In this document: piece after piece, positions 1 through 9,884 of the stretch
Layout: the number at the start of each line of letters is the position of its first letter
Position numbering within the stretch: the first letter of the stretch is position 1
Source of the DNA: an uncultured Chloroflexia bacterium
GTDB taxonomy: Bacteria; Chloroflexota; Dehalococcoidia; UBA2979
DNA length: 64,000 bases
Assembly: GCA_963728205.1 (NCBI GenBank)
Contig: CAVSIV010000006.1
Coordinates: forward strand, 992,001-1,056,000
Direction: 5' to 3'
The notes under the pieces: model-generated
What the model was told of the DNA's origin: nothing
What the model saw: only the letters and a program-made list of their open reading frames with translations
The model's database searches: none
Program-made: the position numbers and the translations under genes

Positions 1-2
1 TC

Positions 3-434
3 GCCGACACGGAAATCACCGCGCGCGACCCGGAGACCGCCGGCGACGGTGAAGGCCTGATCGCACAGGTGTTCGACATCTACGGCGAGGGCGACGAGGC
101 CGCCGACGAGCTCGGCGTGTTGATCGGCCGCCGCGGCGAAACCCTGCTCAACCTGCAGTACCTGCTGAACACCATCGTCTCGCGGCGCGAGAAGGACGGT
201 CCGATCTACGGGATCGACATCGAGGGATACCGCCGCCGTCGCGAACAGCAACTGATCGACATGGCGAAGGAGATCGCCGAGGAGGTGCGCGCGACGGGCG
301 ACGTGATCACGCTCGAGCCGATGCCGGCCGCCGAGCGACGCATCATCCACATCACCCTCGCGGATGAGGAAGGCGTACGCACAGAGAGCGTCGGCAGCGG
401 GGAGCATCGCCAGGTCGAGATCCTGCCGGCATGA
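3..434 (+). CDS. jag: Jag/EloR (KhpB) RNA-binding protein, KH + R3H domains; 5'-truncated by the window edge
   Basis: LIGRRGETLLNLQYL (KH GxxG), ERRIIH (R3H) and C-terminal SVGSGEHR; frame is open from position 3. Confidence 0.93.
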   Translation, partial: ADTEITARDPETAGDGEGLIAQVFDIYGEGDEAADELGVLIGRRGETLLNLQYLLNTIVSRREKDGPIYGIDIEGYRRRREQQLIDMAKEIAEEVRATGDVITLEPMPAAERRIIHITLADEEGVRTESVGSGEHRQVEILPA

Positions 435-469
435 CCACCCGCAGCACCCGTCAGCGCCGCTGAGCCGCC

Positions 470-1339
470 ATGATGGCTGCGGGACAGTCGGTGCTGATCG
501 TCGGTCCGGTCACGTGGGACCGCGTCGACGGCCGCGACATCGCCGGCGGGACCGTGTCGTACGCTGCGCGGGTCGCGACCGCCATGGGCGTGCGCGCGCA
601 CATCCTGACGACGGCGGACGCGACGGCCGACCTGAGCGCGCTGGAGGGGCACACCGTGCATCTCGTCCCGGCGAGCCGGACGCTGACCCTGGAGCATCGG
701 TTCGACGAGACCGGGCGCCGCCACCAGCGCGTGATCGCCCGCCCCGGTCACACCCTGACCGCCGACGACCTGCCGGCCGGTTGGCCGTCCCCCGACGTCC
801 TCGTGCTCGCTCCCCTGCTCGATGACAGTCTCGAACCACGTGGCTTCGACGCCCTGCCGTTCCGAGATTGCGCGCTGACTGGACAGGGGCTGTTGCGCCA
901 GGTCGGTGCTTCCGGAGCAATCAGCGACGCTCGCGAGCCAACGACCGCACTCGATCACGCTATTACTGCGCGTACATCTCTCTTTCTCTCGGAAGAAGAG
1001 GTGCGTGCGTGGCCTCACGGGGCGCTCGAGGCGCTGGCGGCGCGCGCCCGGCGCGTGGTCCTGACGCGCGGCATGCACGGCGCCGAGATCATCGCATGTG
1101 GTCAGCGTCGGAGCGTCCCGCCCGTTCCGGCGCAGCCGGTCGACACGACCGGCGCGGGCGACGTGTTCGCGACCGCCTTTATACTCGCCATCGGCGAGGG
1201 GGAGGCGACCGCCGGTCGCCTCGCCGCCGCGTTTGCCGCGGCGGCCGTCGAAGTGTGGGGCGCGGGTCCGCTCCCCGCCCGGGCCACGATCGAAGAGCGC
1301 CTCGAACCGCGCCTGGGGGACACGCCGTGGCGGTCGTGA
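470..1339 (+). CDS. PfkB family carbohydrate kinase
   Basis: N-terminal GPVTWD..AGGTVSYAA and C-terminal DTTGAGDVF PfkB signature. Confidence 0.9.
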   Translation: MMAAGQSVLIVGPVTWDRVDGRDIAGGTVSYAARVATAMGVRAHILTTADATADLSALEGHTVHLVPASRTLTLEHRFDETGRRHQRVIARPGHTLTADDLPAGWPSPDVLVLAPLLDDSLEPRGFDALPFRDCALTGQGLLRQVGASGAISDAREPTTALDHAITARTSLFLSEEEVRAWPHGALEALAARARRVVLTRGMHGAEIIACGQRRSVPPVPAQPVDTTGAGDVFATAFILAIGEGEATAGRLAAAFAAAAVEVWGAGPLPARATIEERLEPRLGDTPWRS

Positions 1340-2112
1340 TCGCGCTCGCGAACCAGAAGGGCGGGGTCGGGAAGACGACCACCGCCGTCTCGCTGGCGGC
1401 GGCGCTCGCCGACCGCGGTCAGCGCGTCCTGCTGCTCGACGCCGACCCACAGGCCAACGCCACGTCCGCGCTGGGCAGCGACCCAGTCGAGGGCGCGCTC
1501 TACGCCGCGCTCGTCGGCGACGGCAGCCTCGAACCCTCAATCCAGGCCACCGGCACGCCCGGCCTCTTCGTGATCCCCGCGACCACCAGCCTCGCCGGCG
1601 CGGAGGTGGAGCTCGTCGGCGTGATGGCCCGCGAGTTCCGCATGAAGCGCGCGATCGAGCCGCTGCGGCCGCGCTTCGACATCATCCTTGTCGATTGCCC
1701 GCCGTCGCTCGGACTGCTCACCGTGAACGCGCTCGCGGCAGCCGACGAGGTGATCGTCCCGGTGCAGTGCGAGTACTTCGCCCTCGAGGGCCTCGGGCAT
1801 CTGGCGCACACCATCGACCTGGTGCGGCGCAACCTGAACACCGGCCTCCGGCTGCGCGGCGTGCTGCTCACGATGTTCGACGCGCGCACCAACCTGTCGC
1901 GCGACGTCGAGGCGGAGGTGCGCCGCCACTTCGAGAACACCTTCCGCGTCGTGATCCCGCGGTCCGTCCGGCTCTCGGAAGCCCCGAGCCACGGCGAGCC
2001 GATTCAGCGCTACGACCCGCTCTCCGCCGGCGCGCGCGCCTACGACGACCTCGCCGACGAACTGCTCGCGCAGCTGCGCGCCGCCGTGCCGGGAGGTACG
2101 CATGGGACGTAG
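1327..2112 (+). CDS. parA: ParA/Soj chromosome partitioning ATPase
   Basis: ANQKGGVGKTT deviant Walker A, DADPQAN, DCPPSLG, EAPSHG; GTG start at 1327 inside ORF 868..2112. Confidence 0.96.
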   Translation: MAVVIALANQKGGVGKTTTAVSLAAALADRGQRVLLLDADPQANATSALGSDPVEGALYAALVGDGSLEPSIQATGTPGLFVIPATTSLAGAEVELVGVMAREFRMKRAIEPLRPRFDIILVDCPPSLGLLTVNALAAADEVIVPVQCEYFALEGLGHLAHTIDLVRRNLNTGLRLRGVLLTMFDARTNLSRDVEAEVRRHFENTFRVVIPRSVRLSEAPSHGEPIQRYDPLSAGARAYDDLADELLAQLRAAVPGGTHGT

Positions 2113-3049
2113 ATCGACTACCGGGCGCGGACTGGGCCGCGGCCTCGGCGCGCTCATCCCCGGCTCCGACGAGCCGGCCCCCACCGCGGACGCGCGCATC
2201 CCGACGAGCGACGTGCCGATCGACCTCGTCGTCGCGAATCCCCAGCAGCCGCGCACGGCCTTCAACCCCGAGCAGCTGACGGAACTCACTGAGTCGATCC
2301 GCGAGCACGGCATCATCCAGCCGCTGCTCGTGTCCGAGCAGGTCGACGCCGACGGGCAGACCGTCTACCAGCTGATCGCCGGCGAGCGGCGGCTGCGGGC
2401 CGCTCGTGCGGCCGGCCTCGAACGAGTCCCCGTGACCGTGCGCCAGACGACGCCACAGGAGCTGCTCGAGCTGGCGATCGTCGAGAACGTGCAGCGCGCG
2501 GACCTGAGCCCACTGGAAGAGGCGCTCGCCTACCAGCGACTGATGGACGAGTTCGCGCTCAACCAGCGCGAGGTCGGCGAGCGCGTCGGCAAGTCGCGCA
2601 CGGCCGTCGCGAACACGCTGCGGCTGATCGAGCTCCCGTCCGCGCTGCGCGACGCCCTGGCCGCCGGCGAGCTCTCCGAGGGACACGCGCGGGCGCTGCT
2701 CGGCCTGCCCACGGAAGCGGCACGGCTCGACGCCTGGCAGCGCGTGCGCGATGGCAAGCTCAACGTGCGCCAGACCGAGCGCCTCGTGCGCCAGTGGCGC
2801 GACGGCGGCGCGGACGACTCCGCACCCGCGGCGGCCGCCGACCCGACCGCCCCTTCCCCGTCCCCCGGTGCCGGTTCCGGCACCGCTGCGACGCTCGACG
2901 GCGTCGAGCAGGCCCTTCAGCGCTCGCTCGGGACGCGCGTGCAACTGAAGCGCTCGGGCACCGGACGCGGTACGGTCACCATCCACTTCTACAGCGACGA
3001 AGAGCTGGACGGGCTGCTCGAGCGGCTGCTCGACGGCGCCGAGCTCTAA
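2102..3049 (+). CDS. parB: ParB/Spo0J partition protein
   Basis: GLGRGLGALI, NPQQPR, GIIQPLLV, IAGERRLRAA, ENVQRADL, HTH; overlaps the parA stop. Confidence 0.96.
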   Translation: MGRRSTTGRGLGRGLGALIPGSDEPAPTADARIPTSDVPIDLVVANPQQPRTAFNPEQLTELTESIREHGIIQPLLVSEQVDADGQTVYQLIAGERRLRAARAAGLERVPVTVRQTTPQELLELAIVENVQRADLSPLEEALAYQRLMDEFALNQREVGERVGKSRTAVANTLRLIELPSALRDALAAGELSEGHARALLGLPTEAARLDAWQRVRDGKLNVRQTERLVRQWRDGGADDSAPAAAADPTAPSPSPGAGSGTAATLDGVEQALQRSLGTRVQLKRSGTGRGTVTIHFYSDEELDGLLERLLDGAEL

Positions 3050-3085
3050 ACGGCACGACGCGGGCACGACGGACGGGACGACGGC

Positions 3086-3541
3086 ATGAGCGTGGCGGAA
3101 CGGCTGGCCGAGCAGGGGATCGCGCTCCCGAGCCCGTCGGCGCTCGCGCTCTACCGGCCGGCGGTGCGCACCGGCAACCTCGTCTTCGTGTCCGGTCAGG
3201 TCGCGATGCGCGGCGGTGCCATCCTCCATCCCGGCCGCCTCGGCGAGGCGGTCAGCGTCGAGCAGGGCCGCGAGGCGGCTCGCGTCTGCACGATCAACGC
3301 GCTCGGCGCCGCGAACGCGCTCCTCGGCTCGCTCGAGGGCGTGCGCGTGGTGCGCGCCGTCGGCTACGTTGCGTGTGCCCCGACGTTCACGGAGCACCCG
3401 CAGGTCGTGAACGGCGCCAGCGAGCTGCTGCGTGACCTGCTCGGCGAGGAGCGCGGTGTCGGCGCGCGGCTGGCGCTGGGCGTCGCCTCGCTGCCGCTCG
3501 ATTCCCCGGTGGAGCTGGAGCTGATCCTGGAGACGGACTGA
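3086..3541 (+). CDS. RidA/YjgF family protein
   Basis: GNLVFVSGQ, VNGASELL, GVASLPLDSPVELE. Confidence 0.9.
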   Translation: MSVAERLAEQGIALPSPSALALYRPAVRTGNLVFVSGQVAMRGGAILHPGRLGEAVSVEQGREAARVCTINALGAANALLGSLEGVRVVRAVGYVACAPTFTEHPQVVNGASELLRDLLGEERGVGARLALGVASLPLDSPVELELILETD

Positions 3542-3544
3542 CCC

Positions 3545-4039
3545 ATGGCACGCATCGACTTCGTCACCGGCGCCCCGCTGCGCTACATGCCGCTCGTGGA
3601 CGACCTGGCGACGATCTCCGACGGCGTCGAGGCCGTGCTCAAGCGCCACCCGGGCGCGGACCTGCGCCACGCGCCGGCCGGCGGCGGGTGGTCGGGCGCA
3701 CGCGTGCTCGCACACATGTTCAGCTACGCCCGCCACAACGGCGGCTTCATCCGCCAGGTCGCCTGGATGACCGACCCGACGCGGCAGCCATGGGACGAGG
3801 AGGCCGAGGTGCAGGCCGAGGGCTGGCTCCAGCTCGACGCCGCGCGCTACGTCTCCGAGCTCGACGCGCTGCTCGCGCCAACCGTGGAGCTGCTCTCGAC
3901 GACGCCCGACGCGTCATGGGGGCGCCCCGGGGTGCACCCGCAGAACGGTCGCCGCTCGCTGCGCCAGCTCGTGCGGGCGCATATCGACCACATGCGCGAG
4001 CACACCGCCCAGCTGGACGCGACGCTCTCGGCGTCGTAG
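3545..4039 (+). CDS. DinB family protein
   Basis: WSGARVLAH and C-terminal HIDHMREH His triad. Confidence 0.8.
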   Translation: MARIDFVTGAPLRYMPLVDDLATISDGVEAVLKRHPGADLRHAPAGGGWSGARVLAHMFSYARHNGGFIRQVAWMTDPTRQPWDEEAEVQAEGWLQLDAARYVSELDALLAPTVELLSTTPDASWGRPGVHPQNGRRSLRQLVRAHIDHMREHTAQLDATLSAS

Positions 4040-4043
4040 CGCG

Positions 4044-4931
4044 CTAGTCCGCGACGAGGCGCAGCTTCTCGGGGTTGCGCAACACGAACACCTGCACGAG
4101 CTCCCCCGCCGGGTCGAACGCGAACACGAACAGCGCAACCAGTCGACCGCCGCGATAGGCGCGCAGCGCCGGCTGGCCGTTGTACTCCGCGGCGTCGACG
4201 CGGTCGACGGTCTCTTTCGCGGCGAAGCCGCTGAGGAGCCGCGAGACGCGATCCCTCCCGGACACCGGTCGCGTCGCCGCGACGGCGCGACCGCCGCCGT
4301 CCGACACCAGCACGACGTCCGCGGCGAGCAGATCGAGCAGGGGCTGCAGGTTGCCCTCCTCCGCCGCGGCGACGAAGCGCTGCATCGCCCGGCGACCGTG
4401 CTCGTCCGCCGGGTGCGCCGGGCGCAGCCCCTCCGCCGTGCGCGCCTCGTCGACGCGCCGGCGGGCGCGCCGCAGCGCCTGCCGCGACGCGACCGCCGTG
4501 CGGCCGATCACGCGCCCGATCTCCTCGTGGCCGTAGTCGAACGCGTCGTGCAGCACGAGCACGGCACGTTCGACCGGGTTCAGCCGCTCCAGCAGCCAGA
4601 GAAAGGCAATCGACGCGCTCTGCTGACGCGCCAGCCACTCCGCCGGCTCGTCGTCCCGGAGCCGGTGCGTGGGCACCGGCTCCGGGAGCCACGGACCGAC
4701 GTATGCCTCGCGCCGCGCGTGCGCCGAGCGCAGGACGTCGAGAGCGAGCCGCGTCACCACGGTCACCAGGTACGGCCGCGGCGACTCGACCTCCTCCGGG
4801 GCAACGCGGCTGAACCGGATCCACGCATCCTGCAGCACGTCCTCGGCGTCCTGCGCGCTCCCGAGCAGCCGGTACGCGACGCCGAAGAGATGAGCGCGGT
4901 GCCGCTCGAAGATCGCCGTCGCGTCGTCCAT
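4044..4931 (-). CDS. sigJ: ECF41/SigJ-type RNA polymerase sigma factor with C-terminal SnoaL-like domain
   Basis: AYRLLGSAQDAEDVLQDAW, YVGPWLPEP linker, SDGGG and NPEKL motifs; ATG at 4931. Confidence 0.93.
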   Translation of the reverse strand: MDDATAIFERHRAHLFGVAYRLLGSAQDAEDVLQDAWIRFSRVAPEEVESPRPYLVTVVTRLALDVLRSAHARREAYVGPWLPEPVPTHRLRDDEPAEWLARQQSASIAFLWLLERLNPVERAVLVLHDAFDYGHEEIGRVIGRTAVASRQALRRARRRVDEARTAEGLRPAHPADEHGRRAMQRFVAAAEEGNLQPLLDLLAADVVLVSDGGGRAVAATRPVSGRDRVSRLLSGFAAKETVDRVDAAEYNGQPALRAYRGGRLVALFVFAFDPAGELVQVFVLRNPEKLRLVAD

Positions 4932-4966
4932 CGCCCGCTCCGCGCTCACGGCCCCGGCCCCGTCTG

Positions 4967-6265
4967 TCACGCCGTGCCGATGGGCGCCGCGGCGCGCACA
5001 TAGGCGAGCGCGCCGTCCGCCGCCGCCATCGCGCTCTCGAGCGCGCCCTCGGCAAGCAGGCGCGCGCTGCGCACCCAGTCCCCCGCGAGGAATACGCCGG
5101 CCACCGCTGGCGCGTCGACCGCCGGGCGGCCCGGCAGGCCGCCGCGCGCGGCGAGCGGGAGCGACTCCATCACCGTCATCCCGGGGAAGAAGCGCGCCTC
5201 CACGAGGACATCGCGCCAGCCCGGCGCGACGACGTCGGCAAACGCCTCGAGGCTCGCGCGCACCGCGGCGGGATCGATTGTCTCCCCCGCGCGCAGGTAG
5301 CGCGCGACGACCACCGACGCGCCGCCGCCGGGCGCGAGGCGTGCCCACTGCGAGTGCTCGGAGTAGTAGAGCGGGCGGTCGATTCCGAGCCCGAACGCGT
5401 GCGCACCCGCCGGCCGGCACGAGAGCGCGAGGTCCAGCCACGACGCCTCGACCGGCACGGCGTCCGCGGCCGCCGTCGCGACCAGCGCGTCATCGGGGAG
5501 CAGCTCGCGGGCGACGCCGGGCGCGACCGCGAGCACGACGGCGTCGGCGTCCACCACCTCGCCGCCGGCGAGGCGCACGCCGCGCACACGCGCGTCGTGG
5601 AGCACGGCAGCCACGCGCGCGCCGCCGCGGATCTCCGCGCCCGCCGCCTCCGCGGCGACGCGCAGGCCGTCGACAATCTCGCCCCAGCCTCCGTCGGGGT
5701 ACATCACGCCGCCCGCGCTCACCTGCCCCACGAACGCGCCGGCGGAGAGCTGTGCGGGCGCGTCGGCGTAGGTCGCGAGCCGCGCGGTAGCCTCGACGAG
5801 GCGCCGCACGCGCGGGGCCTGCACGTGCTCGTCCAGCCACTCCGCAAGCGACACGCCGGCGAGCGCCGCGGCGTCGGCCCCGCGCAGCGCCGTGAACGCG
5901 CGCGCCGCGGCGAGCTTCTCGCCCGGCCCGAGGAGCCGCGTCATGGCGAGCGAGCGCCCGTCGAGCGGCAGCCGGTGCAGCGCGTCGCCATCGACGGCGA
6001 GGTAGCCGGACGGCACGCCACCGGTCACCCGCACGCCAAGGTCCTCGAGCAACGCCCGCGCGCCGGCGTACAGCGCGTGCGGGCCGAGGTTGAAGCGGTA
6101 TCCGGCCTGCTCCCGCGTGAGCGCGCGCCCGCCCGGTTCGCGAGCGCGCTCGAGGACCGTCACGCGGGCGCCGCCGCGCGCCAGCCGCGTCGCCGCCGCG
6201 AGCCCGGCGATGCCGCCGCCGACGACCGCGACGCGTTGCCGGTCCGCTCCGTGATGGTTCTGCAT
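4967..6265 (-). CDS. FAD-dependent oxidoreductase (phytoene desaturase/amine oxidase-like)
   Basis: VVGGGIAGLAAA, GGRA, FNLGPHALY, YPDGGW, FLAGDW. Confidence 0.88.
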   Translation of the reverse strand: MQNHHGADRQRVAVVGGGIAGLAAATRLARGGARVTVLERAREPGGRALTREQAGYRFNLGPHALYAGARALLEDLGVRVTGGVPSGYLAVDGDALHRLPLDGRSLAMTRLLGPGEKLAAARAFTALRGADAAALAGVSLAEWLDEHVQAPRVRRLVEATARLATYADAPAQLSAGAFVGQVSAGGVMYPDGGWGEIVDGLRVAAEAAGAEIRGGARVAAVLHDARVRGVRLAGGEVVDADAVVLAVAPGVARELLPDDALVATAAADAVPVEASWLDLALSCRPAGAHAFGLGIDRPLYYSEHSQWARLAPGGGASVVVARYLRAGETIDPAAVRASLEAFADVVAPGWRDVLVEARFFPGMTVMESLPLAARGGLPGRPAVDAPAVAGVFLAGDWVRSARLLAEGALESAMAAADGALAYVRAAAPIGTA

Positions 6266-6311
6266 GATGGCGTCCCTTCTCCGCGCCCCCCGCGGGGCGT
6301 CACACAATGGA

Positions 6312-6338
6312 GACGGGATGGCGCGCGAAAACGTGACA
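6312..6338 (-). promoter_or_regulatory. ECF41-dependent promoter (TGTCACG-N16-CGTC)
   Basis: Minus strand reads tgtcacg-ttttcgcgcgccatcc-cgtc; one mismatch to the ECF41 consensus TGTCACA-N16-CGTC; 47 bp upstream of the oxidoreductase-sigJ operon. Confidence 0.8.
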
Positions 6339-6378
6339 ACCACGCAGGCGCGGCGAGCGGGGCGCGCGGCGACGAGCG

Positions 6379-7230
6379 CTACCCCACTTCAATCGGCAGT
6401 TCCGGCCGGCGCGACCACTCCGCCCAGGAGCCGTCGTAGTTGCGGGCGAGCTTCCAGCCGAGCAGCTCGTACATCGCGAACCACGACGCTGCCGAGCGGA
6501 TGCCGCCCCCGCAGTAGGGGAAGACGGGGCGTGTCCCGTCGATGCCGGCCGCGGCGTAGAGCGAGCGCAGCTGCTCGGGCGAGCGGAAGCGACCGTCGTC
6601 GTCGACGAGCAGCTCCCAGTTGAGGTGCGTCGCACGTGGGATGCGGCCGGCGCGCGGCGCGGGGTGCGACCCCGGGGACGCGCCCGTCCACTCGTCGTCG
6701 GTGCGGCAGTCGAGCACGCGCTCCCCGTGCCCGCCCTGCGCCACCGCGAGCACCTCCTCCGCCGTCGCGATGACCGACGGGTCGGGGTCGCCGACGCCGC
6801 ACGTGACGGGCGTGATCGCCGGCTCGGTTGTCGTCGTCGGCAGGCCGGCGCGCGCGAGCGCCTCCAGGGAGCGATCGGCCATGTGCATCCGCGGCCAGCC
6901 GTAGTAGCGCAGCACCCAGTAGCCGCGCGACGGCCACATCGACTTCGTCGAGGCGACGAAGACGACGCGTTTCGACTCGTCGATGCCCAGCCGGCCGAGG
7001 GTCGCCGCGAGCTCCGGGCCAAGCGGAACGAGCGCGCGGATCCCGCCGCGCTCGACGGTGAAGTCGTCGTAGCCGTGCGCGAAGACGGCGCCGGGCAGGT
7101 GGCCGCGCTCGTACTCCGCGCGATCCCCGGCGACGTGGACGATGGCGAGGTCGGGGTCGTCGAGATGCGCGCGCAGCCACTCCGGATCGACGAGCGGCCC
7201 CGGATCGGCGGGCGAAATATCGGGCGTCAT
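6379..7230 (-). CDS. Two-domain sulfurtransferase (rhodanese)
   Basis: YERGHLPGA, GRIPRA, active-site YCGGGIRSA, NYDGSWAEW. Confidence 0.92.
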   Translation of the reverse strand: MTPDISPADPGPLVDPEWLRAHLDDPDLAIVHVAGDRAEYERGHLPGAVFAHGYDDFTVERGGIRALVPLGPELAATLGRLGIDESKRVVFVASTKSMWPSRGYWVLRYYGWPRMHMADRSLEALARAGLPTTTTEPAITPVTCGVGDPDPSVIATAEEVLAVAQGGHGERVLDCRTDDEWTGASPGSHPAPRAGRIPRATHLNWELLVDDDGRFRSPEQLRSLYAAAGIDGTRPVFPYCGGGIRSAASWFAMYELLGWKLARNYDGSWAEWSRRPELPIEVG

Positions 7231-7320
7231 GGTGTCCCTCAGCGTCTCGCGCCGTCGAGCGGCGCACGGCGATCGGTGGGCGCGCGCAGCGTAGCGCAGG
7301 CCGGCGCGGCGGCGGGGACG

Positions 7321-8463
7321 CTACTCTCCGCCGCCGGCGTCGGGCGCACCGCCCTGGTCGCCGGCGGCACCGCCGGCGCCGCGACGGCGGCGGCCTCCGC
7401 GGCGGCCGCGGCGGCGGCGGCGGCGCGGCTGGTCGTCGTCCGGCGACTCATCCGCCGGCTCAAGATCCGCTTCCGCGGGGCCCGCGACGCCGGCCGGCGG
7501 CACCTCGGGTCGCGCCGCCGGGTCGGGCCGGCGGCGCGCAGGCGGACGCTCGGTCACGGGCTCCAGCGTCGCGATCGTCGACTCCCGGATGCGCCGGTCC
7601 TTCTCGCGCCGCGGCTGCTCGACCGTCGCCTCGAGCTCCTCGGGGCGCACGGCCGTGCCGTACTGCCCGCGCAGCTCCTCGACCGTCATTTCGACGACCT
7701 CTCCGGTCTCGTCGAAGCGCAGGCGCATCGTCTGCTTGAGCGTGTTCAGCGAGAGCACCTTCGCGCGGCCCACGGGCGTCGTCACGCGCTTGCCGACCTT
7801 CGGCAGGTCGCCGCGCAGCTCGCGGTACGCCTCTACCTCGAACGAGAGGCAGCAGAGGAGGCGCCCGCAGACCCCCGAGATCTTCGTCGGGTTCGGAGAG
7901 AGGTCCTGGTCCTTCGCCATCTTGATCGAGATCTGGGGGAACGACGTCATCCAGCTCGAGCAGCACAGCGCACGACCGCACTGTCCGATGCCGCCGACGG
8001 CCTTCGCGCGGTCGCGGTCGCCGACCTGCTCGACCACGAGGTTGCGCACGCCGAGCTCCTCGGCGAAGTGGCGACGGAACCAGTCGTGCTCGACGCGGTC
8101 ACCCGCCGTGTAGGTGAGCTCGCCGAACTCCCCCGCCAGGTCATAGGTCACGGTCGCGACGCGGAGGCGGGGGTCGGAGCGCGTCGCGAGCGCCTGCGCG
8201 CGGCCGATGTCCTCCTGCGCCTGCCGCTTGCGCGCGCGCCAGGCGTCGACGTCGTCCTCGGTCGCGATGCGGTCGACGACTCGCAGCGGGCCCTCGAGCG
8301 TCGCGGAGAGCACCTGGTCGGGCGTGAGCACGACCCAGCCGAGACGCTCGCCGCAATCGGTGCGGACGACGACGTAGTCGCCGATGCCGAGCGCGAGCGC
8401 GCCCGGGCCGCAGTACGTGATGGGGCCGGCTTCGATGAAGCGCACCCCGACAACCTGGTCCAT
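7321..8463 (-). CDS. ricT: RicT/YaaT (PSP1 domain) protein
   Basis: GGIGQCGRALCCSSW, SIKMAKDQDL, KISGVCGRLLCCLSFE; ATG at 8463; usual position downstream of holB. Confidence 0.9.
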   Translation of the reverse strand: MDQVVGVRFIEAGPITYCGPGALALGIGDYVVVRTDCGERLGWVVLTPDQVLSATLEGPLRVVDRIATEDDVDAWRARKRQAQEDIGRAQALATRSDPRLRVATVTYDLAGEFGELTYTAGDRVEHDWFRRHFAEELGVRNLVVEQVGDRDRAKAVGGIGQCGRALCCSSWMTSFPQISIKMAKDQDLSPNPTKISGVCGRLLCCLSFEVEAYRELRGDLPKVGKRVTTPVGRAKVLSLNTLKQTMRLRFDETGEVVEMTVEELRGQYGTAVRPEELEATVEQPRREKDRRIRESTIATLEPVTERPPARRRPDPAARPEVPPAGVAGPAEADLEPADESPDDDQPRRRRRRGRRGGRRRRGAGGAAGDQGGAPDAGGGE

Positions 8464-8489
8464 CTGATCCCCGCGAGGCGCCGCCGGCG

Positions 8490-9582
8490 TCAGTGCGCCG
8501 CCGGAGTCGCCGGCTCGCGGGCCCCCTTCCCGGTGCGCAGCGGGAGGTCGAGCATCATCACCTCGACCGTCAGCTGCGGGTTCGTGTTCTGCAGCAGGTG
8601 CTCGCGCGCCCGCTGCACGGCCTGGAGCGCGCGCAGCGCCTCCGCCGGCGTGAATGCGTCGGCCGCCGCCGCCTCCGCGACGTGCGGCGCAGGCGCGACA
8701 CCCGCCGCGACGAGCAGCGCGTCGCGCCACCATTCGCGCCAGAGGTCGAGCGTGGCGAGGACGGCCTCGCGCTCGCGCGACCAGCGGCCGGAGAGCGTCT
8801 CGGCGTAGTCGAAGCGCTCGTTGCGGCCGGCGGTGGTCAGCCGGGCGATGTCGACGGTGACCGTCTCGCGCAGCACCTCGACCGCGGGATCGGCGTGCAT
8901 GCGCATCGCGAGGCCGTAGCGGCCGTGGGCCAGGCGCGCGAGGTCCGCGCCGCGCTCCGGCTCGATGCCGGCCGCGGCCAGCGCGGCCGCGGAGATCGGC
9001 GACGGGCGCGGGCCGCAGCACCAGCTCCTGGCAACGTGAGCGAACGGTGGGCAGGAGCGCGTCGATGTCGGTCGCGAGCAGCACGATCAGCACCGACGGC
9101 GGCGGCTCCTCGAGCGTCTTCAGCAGCGCGTGCGCCGCCTCGATCTGCAGGTCGTCGGCGACGTCGACGACGAAGATGCGGCGGCGCGCGGAGAACGGCG
9201 CCAGCGCGGCCACGCGCTCGAGGCGGCGCACCTGGCAGATGCGGATGCGCGTCGAGCGGTCGTTCGCGTGGTCGTGCCCGCTCTCGTCGCAGACGCCGCC
9301 GATCGCGATGCGCTCGATGTCGGGCGCGTCGCCGGCCTCCACCTGCCGGCAGGCGCGGCAAGCGCCGCACGGCGCCGGCTCACCGGCGGGGCCATCCACG
9401 GGCTCGGCGCAGCTGAGCGTCTGCGCGAGCCGCCGCGCGAGCGTCGCCTTGCCGACGCCAGGGGGGCCCGCGAACAGGTAGGAATGGGCGAGGTGGCCCG
9501 TCGCGATCGCGTGTTGCAGCACCGCGACCGCGTGGTCGGCGCCGAAGACACCCCAGGCGTTCGCGGACGTGGCCGCGGTCAC
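8490..9582 (-). CDS. holB: DNA polymerase III delta' subunit; apparent +1 frameshift near 8991
   Basis: HSYLFAGPPGVGK, CGACRAC, AAHALLKTLEEPP and LPTVRSRC in one frame; C-terminus ..LAHGRYGLA..NTNPQL in ORF 8490..8906; removing one base of gatctcc joins them. Confidence 0.88.
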
Positions 9583-9884
9583 GAGGCGCCGTCCTCGCTG
9601 CTGCGCGCGCGCAGCAGCGCGCCGGGCCGCGCGGGGCGGGCGTCGGAACGCGACGGAAGCGGAGGCGGCGCCGGCACGGCGGCCGCGATGTCAATCACAG
9701 GTCAACCCCGCACAGGCGGGTGCAACGTCGTTCAGTGCGCCGCCGTGGCGGCGCGACGCATTCGTCCGGGCCCGCCCCGCGCGAGCACCCCTGGGTCGCG
9801 GGGCGAGGTGGTGCCGATTATGGCACAGCACCGCCCCGCACTGAAGGCGGGGCGGTGCCGGGATTCGCTGCGACCGGCCGCGGG

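Noticed and set aside
7321-9582. 753-aa HolB-RicT fusion ORF
   Set aside because: Produced by the +1 shift near 8991. The linker is Arg-rich off-frame sequence, the true HolB C-terminus is in another frame, and ricT has its own ATG at 8463.
9579-9860. Possible sORF overlapping the holB start, and a 12-bp hairpin at 9828..9858; SRP RNA considered
   Set aside because: The peptide is low-complexity with no RBS, no SRP motif was seen, and the hairpin is probably an ordinary terminator.
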